A DNA stretch of 25,696 nt, taken from positions 1 to 25,696 of the forward strand of contig CAYZLS010000003.1 of NCBI GenBank assembly GCA_964479355.1, in the 5' to 3' direction. Position 1 is the first letter of the stretch. Each line of letters starts with the position of its first letter. Of the stretch, positions 15,770 through 24,047 are shown one piece after another. Under the pieces are notes generated by a model that was not told where the DNA came from, did not search any database, and saw only the letters and a program-made list of their open reading frames with translations. A program made the translations under genes and the position numbers. This DNA is from an uncultured Wenzhouxiangellaceae bacterium (lineage in GTDB: Bacteria > Pseudomonadota > Gammaproteobacteria > Xanthomonadales > SZUA-36).

Positions 15770-18700
15770 CTAGGGGCTCGGCAAATCCTCCTGCCAGCCG
15801 CGTAGCCAGTCACGCACCAGAGGTTCGGGCAGCAACTCCGAAAGCGTGTCGCCCGAGTAGACCACGCCGTTCTTGACCACGTAGCGGATTGCGGTGCTGT
15901 TGTGGATATCCTCGAGGGGATCAGCGTCCAGAACCACGAGGTCGGCCATCTTGCCTGGCTCGATCGTGCCCAGGTCCTGCTCCAGGCCGATGATGCGGGC
16001 CCCGAGTACGGTGGCCGCACGCAGCGCGTCGTGATTGTCCATGCCACTTGCGAGGTTCCAGAGCTCCCAGTGGAAACCCAAGCCCTGGCGTTGCCCGTGC
16101 GCTCCCACGCCCACCATGCCGCCGGCGCGGATCACGGCGCCCGCCGACTGCGCGAAGCGCGGAAACTTAAACTCCTCGTCGTGTAGCCACTGAGCCCAGA
16201 TAAGCTCGCGCCGGCGCGCCTGGCGATCCAGGAAGGGATGCGGCGTCAGGCGGGCGAGCTTGGGGTCGTCGTGAACGGGCATCCGTGGGTAATAGTACTC
16301 CTCGCCGCCCACCGCGCCGTGGGTGATCAGCAGCGTGGGCACGTAGCCCACACCTGAGCGCGCCATCAGTTCCACCACATCCCGGTACAGGGGCGCTATC
16401 GTGAAGTAGTGCTGGTGGGCTGTATAACCGTCGATGATCTCGGTGATGCCGGGTTTGTTCTCGCCGTTGCCCTCGGCAATCGCTAACACACCGGCTTCCA
16501 CTGCGGCCATCAGCAGCAGTTGGCGCTTGCGCCGGTCACCGAAAGCGTACTGCTTAACGCCGTCCAGGCCGTTGTCCGTCACGTAGCGCCGCAGCAGGCC
16601 ACGCGCATCCTCGAGATCCTTCAGGTCGTCCACGTTCTCGGGCAGCAGGATGCCGCCGGTACCGAAGAATCGAGGTCCGACGAACTCGCCGGTCTCAACC
16701 AGGTCTGCGTAGTCCACCAGTGAGGGCCCTGCCGCCCCCGTGTCGTAGCCGGTAGTGACGCCGTAGGCAAGGCTCGAGACGAACTCCCAGGGCTGGATCA
16801 GGCGGGTCTCCTGGACAGAACCCTGGTGGTTGTGAAGGTCGAGGAAACCCGGCACGATGGTCTTGCCCGCGAGCTCGAGCCGCTTCACTCCGGCGGGAAC
16901 ATGCAGCATGCCGCGCGCCCCGACTGCCGCAATGCGGTTGCGCGTGATCAGGATGTCGGCCTCCGGCAGGATCTCATCGCCGCGCATCGTGATCACCCGT
17001 GCGCCGCTCAGCAGGATATTGCCCTCGGGCACCTGGCGCGGCAGTTCGATCTTGATCTTCGTCTCCTGCAGCGCCGTCGAGTCGAGCTTGTAACGAAACA
17101 GCTTAGCGCCCAAGGTAAAGACCGCCTCGCGCCCGTCACGGCCCCAGCCCGCGAATTCGCCGCCGGTGTCGCTGATGCGCCGCACCGACTGTCCGGGGCG
17201 CGGAGATTCCAGCGAGACCTCGACCGGCTCCTCGCGCGTGTCGGGCAAGCTGACGAGATAGATCTGCCGCTCGGCCTGCACCAGCAGGTGGTGGCCATCC
17301 GGGGAGATCAACGGAGAATTGAAGGGCGCACCGCGCTCCTCGTCCTCGTCGGGCCAGTCGTTGCTGTCGAGCTGACCAGTCGCGTGTACGCGAAAATTGC
17401 TGCCGTCGACGTGCACGGACACCAGTTCGCCGCGGCCCGGCAGGTTGGGTTCCGGGTTCTGGAAAACGAAAATTCGTTCGGGATCCTGCGTGAAATGCGG
17501 CTGCCCCAACCCGTGCAGCGGCATCACCCGGTGCAACTCGCCGCCCTCGGCCGATACCCATGACAGCTCCGCGCGTGGACGGGAGCGAGGGAACATGGCC
17601 TCACCGTAGCTGAGCAGATCTTCGATCCAGGCCTGCCGCGACATCGTGAGAACGGCTATCCGCCGCCCGTCCGGCGAGAAAGCCGGCCAGCCGTAGAACG
17701 CAGCCTCGCGCGTGAGACGCACGCGGCGTCCGTCAGCGTCGACACTGTAGACATGCCCAGCCTCCGCCATGTCCTTCCAACTCGCATAAACGATCTGGCG
17801 ACCGTCCGGCGACCAGGCTGGCTGAAACTCTCCCTCTTCGGCGCCGGTCAGGCGCCGCGGCTTCCCGTCCGGCAGATCCATCACCCATATCCGCCCGAGC
17901 GCCGAGAAGGCCACACGCTGCCCATCCGGCGAGAGTGCCGGCGAGGAGATGCGTCGTGCGCGTACCGGTCTATCGGCAAGGCGGCGATCGGCCTTCACCG
18001 CTGGCCCCAACGGCTGATCCACCTCGACGCTGAATGGAATCGGGCTCTTCTCGCCGGAAGGGATGGCCAGTTTCCACAGCTTGCCCGCCAGGGTCGTAAC
18101 CAGTGCTTTCGAGTCGGGCGTGAAGCTCGCGCCCGGCATCAGGTCCCAGCTCGCGTGATTTGCGGTCTGGTCGTCGGACTCAGCGGGATGAAGCAGCCAG
18201 CGCTCCGCCCCGTTGGACAGGTCCCGCAGCCTGAGCCCGGTGCCCGCGTGGAAGCGACTCGCGTAGACAAGCCAACGGCCGTTAGGCGAGAGAACGGGTC
18301 GCAGCCCCCCGCCCTGCATGTTGCTGAACGGATGGATGTCGCCGGAGTCGCGGTCCAGCACAGCCAGCTGGTATTGCCCGATCTGCGGGTAATAGTTCTG
18401 CTGCTCCTTCGGCTTCTGCGCGAAATAGACGTGTTGTGCATCGGCACCGAAGGCCGCACCCACGGCGGTCAAACCATGATCCTTGCCATTCACGAGGCTC
18501 GTCGGCGCGCCGCCCGCCAGTGAGTAGAACAGCAGTTCCATCAGTGAATTCCGGACCACACCGGTCCGCGATACTACAATTCCCGCGCCGTCCGGTGTCC
18601 ACTCGGGCGAGACGAAAACGGTGTCGGTGTCTTCGGTCAGGCGTCGGGGATCCCCGCGCCCGTCGGCGCCCATCAGCCAGATGTTCTCGGAACCATCCCT

Positions 18701-19015
18701 GTCGCTCACGAAGGCGATGTGCCGGCCGTCGGGCGAGAAGCGCGGCTGGGTATCGAACGCCATCCCGCGGGTGAGGGCCTGTGCCTCGCCGCCCTCGATC
18801 GGCAGCAAATAAAGATCGCCCAGCAGGTCGAAAACCAGCGAGCGGCCGTCGGGGGAGACATCGGTCGAGATCCAGGTGCCTTCGTCTGTAGAGAAGCGGA
18901 TCAGGCGGGTTGGTTCAAGCGGAAGACCTTCTGCAGCGGCTGGTACTGACGAGAGGCAGAACTGGCACATCGCCACCATCAGGATGCTAGCCACGCGCCG
19001 ACTCAGTATACTCAT
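15770..19015 (-). CDS. Exported TolB/PD40 beta-propeller plus amidohydrolase fusion protein (1081 aa)
   Basis: Sec signal (…PAAA/EG); repeated SPDG/SPNG PD40 motifs (DVSPDG, PRFSPDG, PALSPDG, PAWSPDG, PAFSPDG); C-terminal PGFLDLHNH, GAHGQRQGLGFHWELW, GTIEPGKMADLVVL. AAAGAGGG RBS. Confidence 0.93.
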   Translation of the reverse strand: MSILSRRVASILMVAMCQFCLSSVPAAAEGLPLEPTRLIRFSTDEGTWISTDVSPDGRSLVFDLLGDLYLLPIEGGEAQALTRGMAFDTQPRFSPDGRHIAFVSDRDGSENIWLMGADGRGDPRRLTEDTDTVFVSPEWTPDGAGIVVSRTGVVRNSLMELLFYSLAGGAPTSLVNGKDHGLTAVGAAFGADAQHVYFAQKPKEQQNYYPQIGQYQLAVLDRDSGDIHPFSNMQGGGLRPVLSPNGRWLVYASRFHAGTGLRLRDLSNGAERWLLHPAESDDQTANHASWDLMPGASFTPDSKALVTTLAGKLWKLAIPSGEKSPIPFSVEVDQPLGPAVKADRRLADRPVRARRISSPALSPDGQRVAFSALGRIWVMDLPDGKPRRLTGAEEGEFQPAWSPDGRQIVYASWKDMAEAGHVYSVDADGRRVRLTREAAFYGWPAFSPDGRRIAVLTMSRQAWIEDLLSYGEAMFPRSRPRAELSWVSAEGGELHRVMPLHGLGQPHFTQDPERIFVFQNPEPNLPGRGELVSVHVDGSNFRVHATGQLDSNDWPDEDEERGAPFNSPLISPDGHHLLVQAERQIYLVSLPDTREEPVEVSLESPRPGQSVRRISDTGGEFAGWGRDGREAVFTLGAKLFRYKLDSTALQETKIKIELPRQVPEGNILLSGARVITMRGDEILPEADILITRNRIAAVGARGMLHVPAGVKRLELAGKTIVPGFLDLHNHQGSVQETRLIQPWEFVSSLAYGVTTGYDTGAAGPSLVDYADLVETGEFVGPRFFGTGGILLPENVDDLKDLEDARGLLRRYVTDNGLDGVKQYAFGDRRKRQLLLMAAVEAGVLAIAEGNGENKPGITEIIDGYTAHQHYFTIAPLYRDVVELMARSGVGYVPTLLITHGAVGGEEYYYPRMPVHDDPKLARLTPHPFLDRQARRRELIWAQWLHDEEFKFPRFAQSAGAVIRAGGMVGVGAHGQRQGLGFHWELWNLASGMDNHDALRAATVLGARIIGLEQDLGTIEPGKMADLVVLDADPLEDIHNSTAIRYVVKNGVVYSGDTLSELLPEPLVRDWLRGWQEDLPSP

Positions 19016-19043
19016 GCGATACCCTCTTTAAACTTTGCTTCGT

Positions 19044-19075
19044 CGGCTGGTGACCGATCCTTAGGAAGCCAGCCG
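19044..19075. other. Intergenic stem-loop (CGGCTGG...CCAGCCG) downstream of the TBDR stop
   Basis: 7-bp GC-rich inverted repeat with an inner TCCT/AGGA pairing; no clean U-tract on the minus strand. Confidence 0.4.
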
Positions 19076-19094
19076 CAGCTCCTTGCAAATCATG

Positions 19095-21608
19095 TCAGCG
19101 GAAGTATTTGCGCACACCCGCGCCCATGGTTCGCGGTCTAACAGTGTAGACCGTTTCGCCGCGGCCAAAAAAGGTCTCGGGACCGAACGACCTGAATGTT
19201 TCGGCCCGTTCGTTGAACATGTTGTCCAGGTAGACGGAGATTTCCCATTCGCCGATGCTGAACCCGGTACGCAGGTCGACGATCGAGTATGCGGGATTGA
19301 GAACTGTTGCGCCGTATTCAAAGGAATCTTCGAATCCGTCGTCTGGGACCTGATTCCAGGATTCCCCTGTGTAGCTGTATTGCAGGCGCGCGAAAGCATC
19401 GCCACCACCCATCTGCCAGTCGTACTCCAGGTATGCCGCGAGTTTAAGGTCCGGCGTTAGTGGGAGGCGCGAGCCCCCGGCAAGGAAGTAGGGATCGGTT
19501 GTGGGGTCGTTGGGGTTTTCCACGATAACGTCTTCATCGATTTCCGCATTGAACAGGTAGGTTGTAACCAGACCGGTGGACCAGCCGGCGCCGATGATTG
19601 CACTGATGTCGAGATCAATGCCGTCCACGATGCCGTCACTCAGATTGGCGACGACAACCTGGTACGGGTAGTGGGTGTCAACTTCTCCGTCGCCGTCCGA
19701 GTCGACTAAGGTGAAGTTTTGCGGATCAATCATCTCGAGTTGCATGTCCTTCCAGATCTGGTGGTAGATGGTGACATTCAGCTGTACCCGGCCGTCGCGC
19801 CAGCGCGACTTGAGGCCTGCCTCCCAGTTCTGGAGGATGTCAGAGTCGTACTTGAGCGGGAAGGTCGATTCAATGCCCTTTTGCTGGGCGCGATCCCGAT
19901 TGACTCCCCCCAACCGGAAGCCTTCTGAATAGAGTGCGTAGACCATGCGCTCGTCGTCGATATAGTACTGGAAACCGATCTTGGGCAGCCACCCGTCATC
20001 GTCGCTGTCTCCGATCACCCATGAGGGAATCGGGTGTGTCGCAGGTACTCGATCGAAATAAGTGCGATCCACCGAGGTGTCGTACCAGCGCGCACCGGCC
20101 AGCAGCTTCCAGTGCTCGTTCAGGCTCCAGGTTCCCTCGCCGAACACCGCCGTGTCTTTGCGGGTGCTCTCCTCGCCGTTTTGCCATTTGATGAGGGTCG
20201 GCTCAAGTGGCGGGCGGCCAAAGAATTCCTGCTCGGCCTGAAATTGGGCCCAGGCTTCCATGCGCGTGAAGTCCGTCACATAGGTGCCGGCCTCCCAGTG
20301 CTGATCCGATTCCTGGTAGAAGAAGCCGAGCGTCCAGTCGAGCCGCGAGCTCGAGCCCGAAAGCCGGGTCTCGTGGGTCCATCGTTCGTCTTTCTGGTCG
20401 TGACGGAACCAGGCGATGGGATCGCCATCGTCTACGTCGTACCCGAAGCCATTCAACTCGCAGGCCGTGGCGTAGTCATAGAGGTTGTAAGCCGCGTAGT
20501 AGCCGGTGAACGCATCCGAGCCGCAGCTGCCGCGCCCCCAGGTGCCGAATGCGGCGTGGTAGTACGCCATGTTGTTGGAGGCGTCGAAGACATAGGCCGT
20601 GTCGCGCTCGAAATACGACGTAGAACTGGTCAGTTGCGCACTGCCCAACTCGCCTTCGAGTGTGAGCTGGAAGTTGTACCAGGAGTCGTCCCGGAGTTCC
20701 TCGACGAACTTGACGGTCTCGAGTTTGCCTAAGCTCCGGTCGAAAGCGTTGAACCCGTGGGCCTCCAAATTCTGGTTGTTGTAAATCCCGGTGATGGCCC
20801 ACTTGTCGTTAATGAACCACTTGGCCGAGATGCGTCCCCCATACCAATCGATGTCGTTGACATCCTTCCCTGCGACGTCTGCGTTCGTCTTGCTGCCGCC
20901 GTAGGGCGTTACGCCCGGCACGTTGTCGATGTAGCCGGCATCCTCTGCGGCGAAGGCGACCAGCCGCACAGCCAGCCGATCCTCGATGAGAGGGATGTTC
21001 AGCATCGCATCGGCATCCCAGCCGAGATCTCCGTGCTCGATCTGATACATACCGGTCTGGACGTTGGCGTCGAAGGCACTCGGGTCAGGCTTGGCGACGA
21101 TGTAACGCAGGGTTCCCGACTGGGAACTGGCTCCGTAGAGCGTGCCTTGCGGGCCCGCGAGGGCCTCGATACGCTCCAGGTCCACTAGGCGGATATCGGG
21201 CGTCTTTGCCCCCGTGGTCAGGGGTTGCTCATCCAGGTAAACGGCCGCGGAGGATTCGACAATGAACGGAGATACCGAATCCGCGAGGCCGCGGAACACG
21301 ACTTTGTTGGAGAGACCACCCGCACCGATCACTGTCATCGAGGGCACGAAACGCGATAGGTCGTGCATGTTGCGGATGCCCAGTTTCCCGATGTCCCTGG
21401 GGTTGAAAGCCAGCACCGCCTGAGGTACGTCCTGGCTATTCTCGTCGCGTTTGCGCGCTGTGACGATGACCTCTTCGAGCTCTCTTAAGCCCGCCTCATC
21501 CTCCTCCTGTGCCACCGCAATGGGTACGCCGGAAGTAGACGCGACAATAGCGGAAATGGCGCTCGCGAGCGCCCGGCGATCTGGGTTAAAAGGGGCTGAT
21601 TTTTTCAT
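19095..21608 (-). CDS. TonB-dependent receptor (837 aa)
   Basis: Signal peptide (AVA/QE), TonB-box-like LEEVIVTARKR, plug motif DLERIEALAGPQGTLYGASSQSGTL, SEGFRLGG, C-terminal VYLDNMFNE...RPRTMGAGVRKYF. Confidence 0.96.
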   Translation of the reverse strand: MKKSAPFNPDRRALASAISAIVASTSGVPIAVAQEEDEAGLRELEEVIVTARKRDENSQDVPQAVLAFNPRDIGKLGIRNMHDLSRFVPSMTVIGAGGLSNKVVFRGLADSVSPFIVESSAAVYLDEQPLTTGAKTPDIRLVDLERIEALAGPQGTLYGASSQSGTLRYIVAKPDPSAFDANVQTGMYQIEHGDLGWDADAMLNIPLIEDRLAVRLVAFAAEDAGYIDNVPGVTPYGGSKTNADVAGKDVNDIDWYGGRISAKWFINDKWAITGIYNNQNLEAHGFNAFDRSLGKLETVKFVEELRDDSWYNFQLTLEGELGSAQLTSSTSYFERDTAYVFDASNNMAYYHAAFGTWGRGSCGSDAFTGYYAAYNLYDYATACELNGFGYDVDDGDPIAWFRHDQKDERWTHETRLSGSSSRLDWTLGFFYQESDQHWEAGTYVTDFTRMEAWAQFQAEQEFFGRPPLEPTLIKWQNGEESTRKDTAVFGEGTWSLNEHWKLLAGARWYDTSVDRTYFDRVPATHPIPSWVIGDSDDDGWLPKIGFQYYIDDERMVYALYSEGFRLGGVNRDRAQQKGIESTFPLKYDSDILQNWEAGLKSRWRDGRVQLNVTIYHQIWKDMQLEMIDPQNFTLVDSDGDGEVDTHYPYQVVVANLSDGIVDGIDLDISAIIGAGWSTGLVTTYLFNAEIDEDVIVENPNDPTTDPYFLAGGSRLPLTPDLKLAAYLEYDWQMGGGDAFARLQYSYTGESWNQVPDDGFEDSFEYGATVLNPAYSIVDLRTGFSIGEWEISVYLDNMFNERAETFRSFGPETFFGRGETVYTVRPRTMGAGVRKYFR

Positions 21609-21617
21609 TTGATTATC

Positions 21618-21646
21618 CTAGTCGTGAGTCGGCTCTTCTAGTCGTG
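21618..21646 (-). repeat. 9-bp direct repeat CACGACTAG x2 (20-bp period) in the TBDR 5' leader; second copy overlaps the AGGA RBS
   Basis: Plus strand CTAGTCGTG at 21618-21626 and 21638-21646. Confidence 0.6.
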
Positions 21647-21666
21647 GATCTGACCCTGTCATATGC

Positions 21667-21695
21667 ATTGTATAGTTTCGATATGAATGATTCAA
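21667..21695 (-). promoter_or_regulatory. Sigma-70 promoter for the TBDR (TTGAAT-N17-TACAAT) with a TGAAT-N-ATTCA palindrome over the -35
   Basis: Minus strand TTGAAT cattcatatcgaaacta TACAAT, exact 17-nt spacer, about 60 nt upstream of ATG 21608; palindrome at 21684-21694. Confidence 0.7.
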
Positions 21696-21862
21696 TGAGT
21701 GCGCGACCTGAGTGGCGCAATCGCGGTAGGGAGGCTTGAGCGTGGCATGCGGCTGCGTGATCCGGGCCCCGTGAATATGGGGGACGTGGAGAAGGCCATC
21801 CTCGCGCGCTGCAAACACGCCGGGCGGCACAGTCATCCACGCCGTGACGGAAGTCGTTTAGA

Positions 21863-23884
21863 ATGAGTGCATCATCGAGTGGATTACCCTATATGCAGGT
21901 TGCTGCCATTACACAGGAATTCGAGCGTGCGTTCACGCGGTTGCGTGGTGGCGATGCCGAGGGCGCGGTTGCGCTGTGCCGCGAGACGCTGGTGCGCAGT
22001 CCCGACAACATCGATCTGTTGACCTTGCTTGGCGCCAGCCTGAATGCGCTGCGCCATTCGGATGTGGCGCTCGAACCGCTGCAGCGAGCTCTAGAAATCG
22101 CGCCCGGATTCGCCCGCGCCCACGAGGAAATCGGACGATCGTTACTGATGCTGCGCCGGGTAGACGAGGCCATCAGCCACCTCGAGCAGGCACTCGTGCT
22201 GTCTCCGGGTATGGAAAGTGTGGAGCGCAGTTTGGCGCAGGCGCTGCTGCTCGCCGGGCGTGGTGAAGATGCCGATCGGGTGATCGGGGAGGGTTTCGCG
22301 CGCAGCCCGCAGCGCAAGATACTGCTGGCTGCTGCGGAGCACCAACGCGCTGGACGCTTCCGGGAGAGCGAGCCGCTGTTGCGCAAAGTGCTTGCCGTAG
22401 AGGCAGATGATGTGAACGCGATGCGCATGCTGGCGCGGGTTGCCGAGGAGGCCAGGCATCTGGACGAAGCCGAGCGGTTACTGCGGCGTGCGGTTGAGCT
22501 GAAACCGGGATTCGACGACGCGCGGCTCAACCTAGCACGCGTGCTGAAGGAGAATGACCAACTGGAAGAGGCGGTCAATTGCACTGCCCAGGCAACGCTC
22601 GTCAATCCGCGTAATCCACTAGCGCATTATCTGCATGGGAGCATGCTTGCACTGATGCGGCGCTATGAGGATGCGATCGACGCCTACCGCGAGTCCATCC
22701 GTTTGCGGGCGCACAATCCTGCGGCGTGGGTGGGGCTGGGGAATCTGCTGAAGACGCTGGGCCGTCAGGAGGAGAGCATCGAGGCCTACCGCGAGGCGCT
22801 GCGTCTGCGGCCTGGTTTCGGTGAAGTGTGGTGGAGCCTGGCGAACCTCAAAACGTTTCGCTTCAGTGACGCCGAGCTTGCCGCGATGGAGCAGGGTCTA
22901 GAAGATACGGCTGAAGACGATGATGACCGCGTGCATTTCCTGTTCGCGCTCGGCAAAGCGGCGGAGGATCGGGGTGACTTCAAAGCCGCGTTCGCGCGCT
23001 ACGACGAGGCAAACAGCAGCCAGCGCATGCGCTTGATGTATGACCCGGTCGATACCGAGGTCAAGCACGAGCGCATCCGCGACACATTCAGCACGGAAGT
23101 CCTCGCCGCGCGTGTTACGCCGCCTGCGGATGAAGCGGTGCCGATCTTCATTGTCGGCCTGCCGCGATCGGGATCGACGCTGTTGGAGCAGATCCTCGCC
23201 AGCCATCCTCTGGTCGACGGGACTGCGGAACTTCCGGATTTGGCTCGTGTGATAGCAGAAATATCGCTCTGCCAGGCGGGCATGCGCTATCCGGAGGCGG
23301 TGACGCGTCTGGATACATCGGAACTGCATGAACTCGGCCTGATGTATCTGCAGCGCACGCGCCGCCACCGTAGCGGGAAACCATTCTTCACCGACAAGAT
23401 GCCGAACAATTTTTCCAGCATTGGCCTGATCCATCTCATTCTGCCGCAGGCGCGGATCATCGACGCACGTCGTCATCCGCTTGACAGCCTGCTTGGCTGC
23501 TACAAGCAGCATTTCGCACTCGGTCAGAGCTTCACTTACGATCTGGTGGAGCTGGGCGAGTTCTATCTTGAATACCGGCGCATCATGGAGCACTGGCATG
23601 CGGTGCTGCCTGGTCGGGTGCTGGAACTGCGCTACGAGAACATAGTGCGCGAACAGGAGGATATGACACGGAGGCTACTCGACTACTGTGGGTTGCCGTG
23701 GGATCCGCGCTGCCTGCGATTCCATGAAACGGAGCGGGCGGTGCACACCGCGAGTTCGGAGCAGGTGCGGCAGCCGCTCTACGACAGTTCCGTTAACCAC
23801 TGGCGGAATTTCCGTGAACAGCTGGCGCTACTGGTAGAGCAAATCGGTCCCGCGATCGAGGCCGAGGGCTGGCTTATAAATTGA
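21863..23884 (+). CDS. Tetratricopeptide-repeat sulfotransferase (PAPS-dependent sulfotransferase domain at C-terminus), up to 673 aa
   Basis: About 8-10 TPR-like helical repeats (e.g. AWVGLGNLLKTLGRQEESIEAYREALRLRP), then PIFIVGLPRSGSTLLEQIL (5'-PSB loop), DKMPNN, RHPLDSLLGCY (3'-PB), TASSEQVRQP. The start may be ATG 21893. Confidence 0.93.
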   Translation: MSASSSGLPYMQVAAITQEFERAFTRLRGGDAEGAVALCRETLVRSPDNIDLLTLLGASLNALRHSDVALEPLQRALEIAPGFARAHEEIGRSLLMLRRVDEAISHLEQALVLSPGMESVERSLAQALLLAGRGEDADRVIGEGFARSPQRKILLAAAEHQRAGRFRESEPLLRKVLAVEADDVNAMRMLARVAEEARHLDEAERLLRRAVELKPGFDDARLNLARVLKENDQLEEAVNCTAQATLVNPRNPLAHYLHGSMLALMRRYEDAIDAYRESIRLRAHNPAAWVGLGNLLKTLGRQEESIEAYREALRLRPGFGEVWWSLANLKTFRFSDAELAAMEQGLEDTAEDDDDRVHFLFALGKAAEDRGDFKAAFARYDEANSSQRMRLMYDPVDTEVKHERIRDTFSTEVLAARVTPPADEAVPIFIVGLPRSGSTLLEQILASHPLVDGTAELPDLARVIAEISLCQAGMRYPEAVTRLDTSELHELGLMYLQRTRRHRSGKPFFTDKMPNNFSSIGLIHLILPQARIIDARRHPLDSLLGCYKQHFALGQSFTYDLVELGEFYLEYRRIMEHWHAVLPGRVLELRYENIVREQEDMTRRLLDYCGLPWDPRCLRFHETERAVHTASSEQVRQPLYDSSVNHWRNFREQLALLVEQIGPAIEAEGWLIN

Positions 23885-23933
23885 AGTGTCGGCGCTCGCT
23901 TTGGAAGCAGGTCGTCGCCATTTGAAAGCTGCC

Positions 23934-23963
23934 TTGCTTTTCACGTTCAGCGCATGTTAGCTT
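23934..23963 (+). promoter_or_regulatory. Possible sigma-70 promoter for the CocE/NonD gene (TTGCTT-N18-TAGCTT with extended -10 TG)
   Basis: TTGCTT 23934-39, TG at 23955-56, TAGCTT 23958-63, about 85 nt upstream of ATG 24048. Confidence 0.3.
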
Positions 23964-24047
23964 TTCGGTATCGGGCATGTCAGTGGCTGTCCGCAGAGGC
24001 CGCTAGCCGCGGCCGCACAGCAACCACAAAATCGAAAGGGCAAGACA

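Noticed and set aside
15757-16047. N-terminal extension of amidohydrolase-3 to 677 aa
   Set aside because: It overlaps the upstream gene's conserved C-terminus; the signal-like sequence starts at 15756.
17700-18900. Recurrent similar nucleotide stretches (e.g. TCGCCGGACGG-like) as a repeat array or CRISPR
   Set aside because: They encode the SPDG motifs of PD40 propeller blades; spacing is irregular and they lie in coding sequence. No CRISPR array, rRNA or IS was seen in the window.
21681-21697. Fur box at the TBDR promoter
   Set aside because: Only partial resemblance (AATGATT); it does not fit the 19-bp GATAATGATAATCATTATC consensus well, and no iron-uptake genes are nearby.
21618-21836. 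72-aa ORF upstream of the TBDR as a leader or sulfated-peptide precursor
   Set aside because: It runs through the predicted promoter, has no RBS, signal or acidic-Tyr motif, and its composition is unremarkable.
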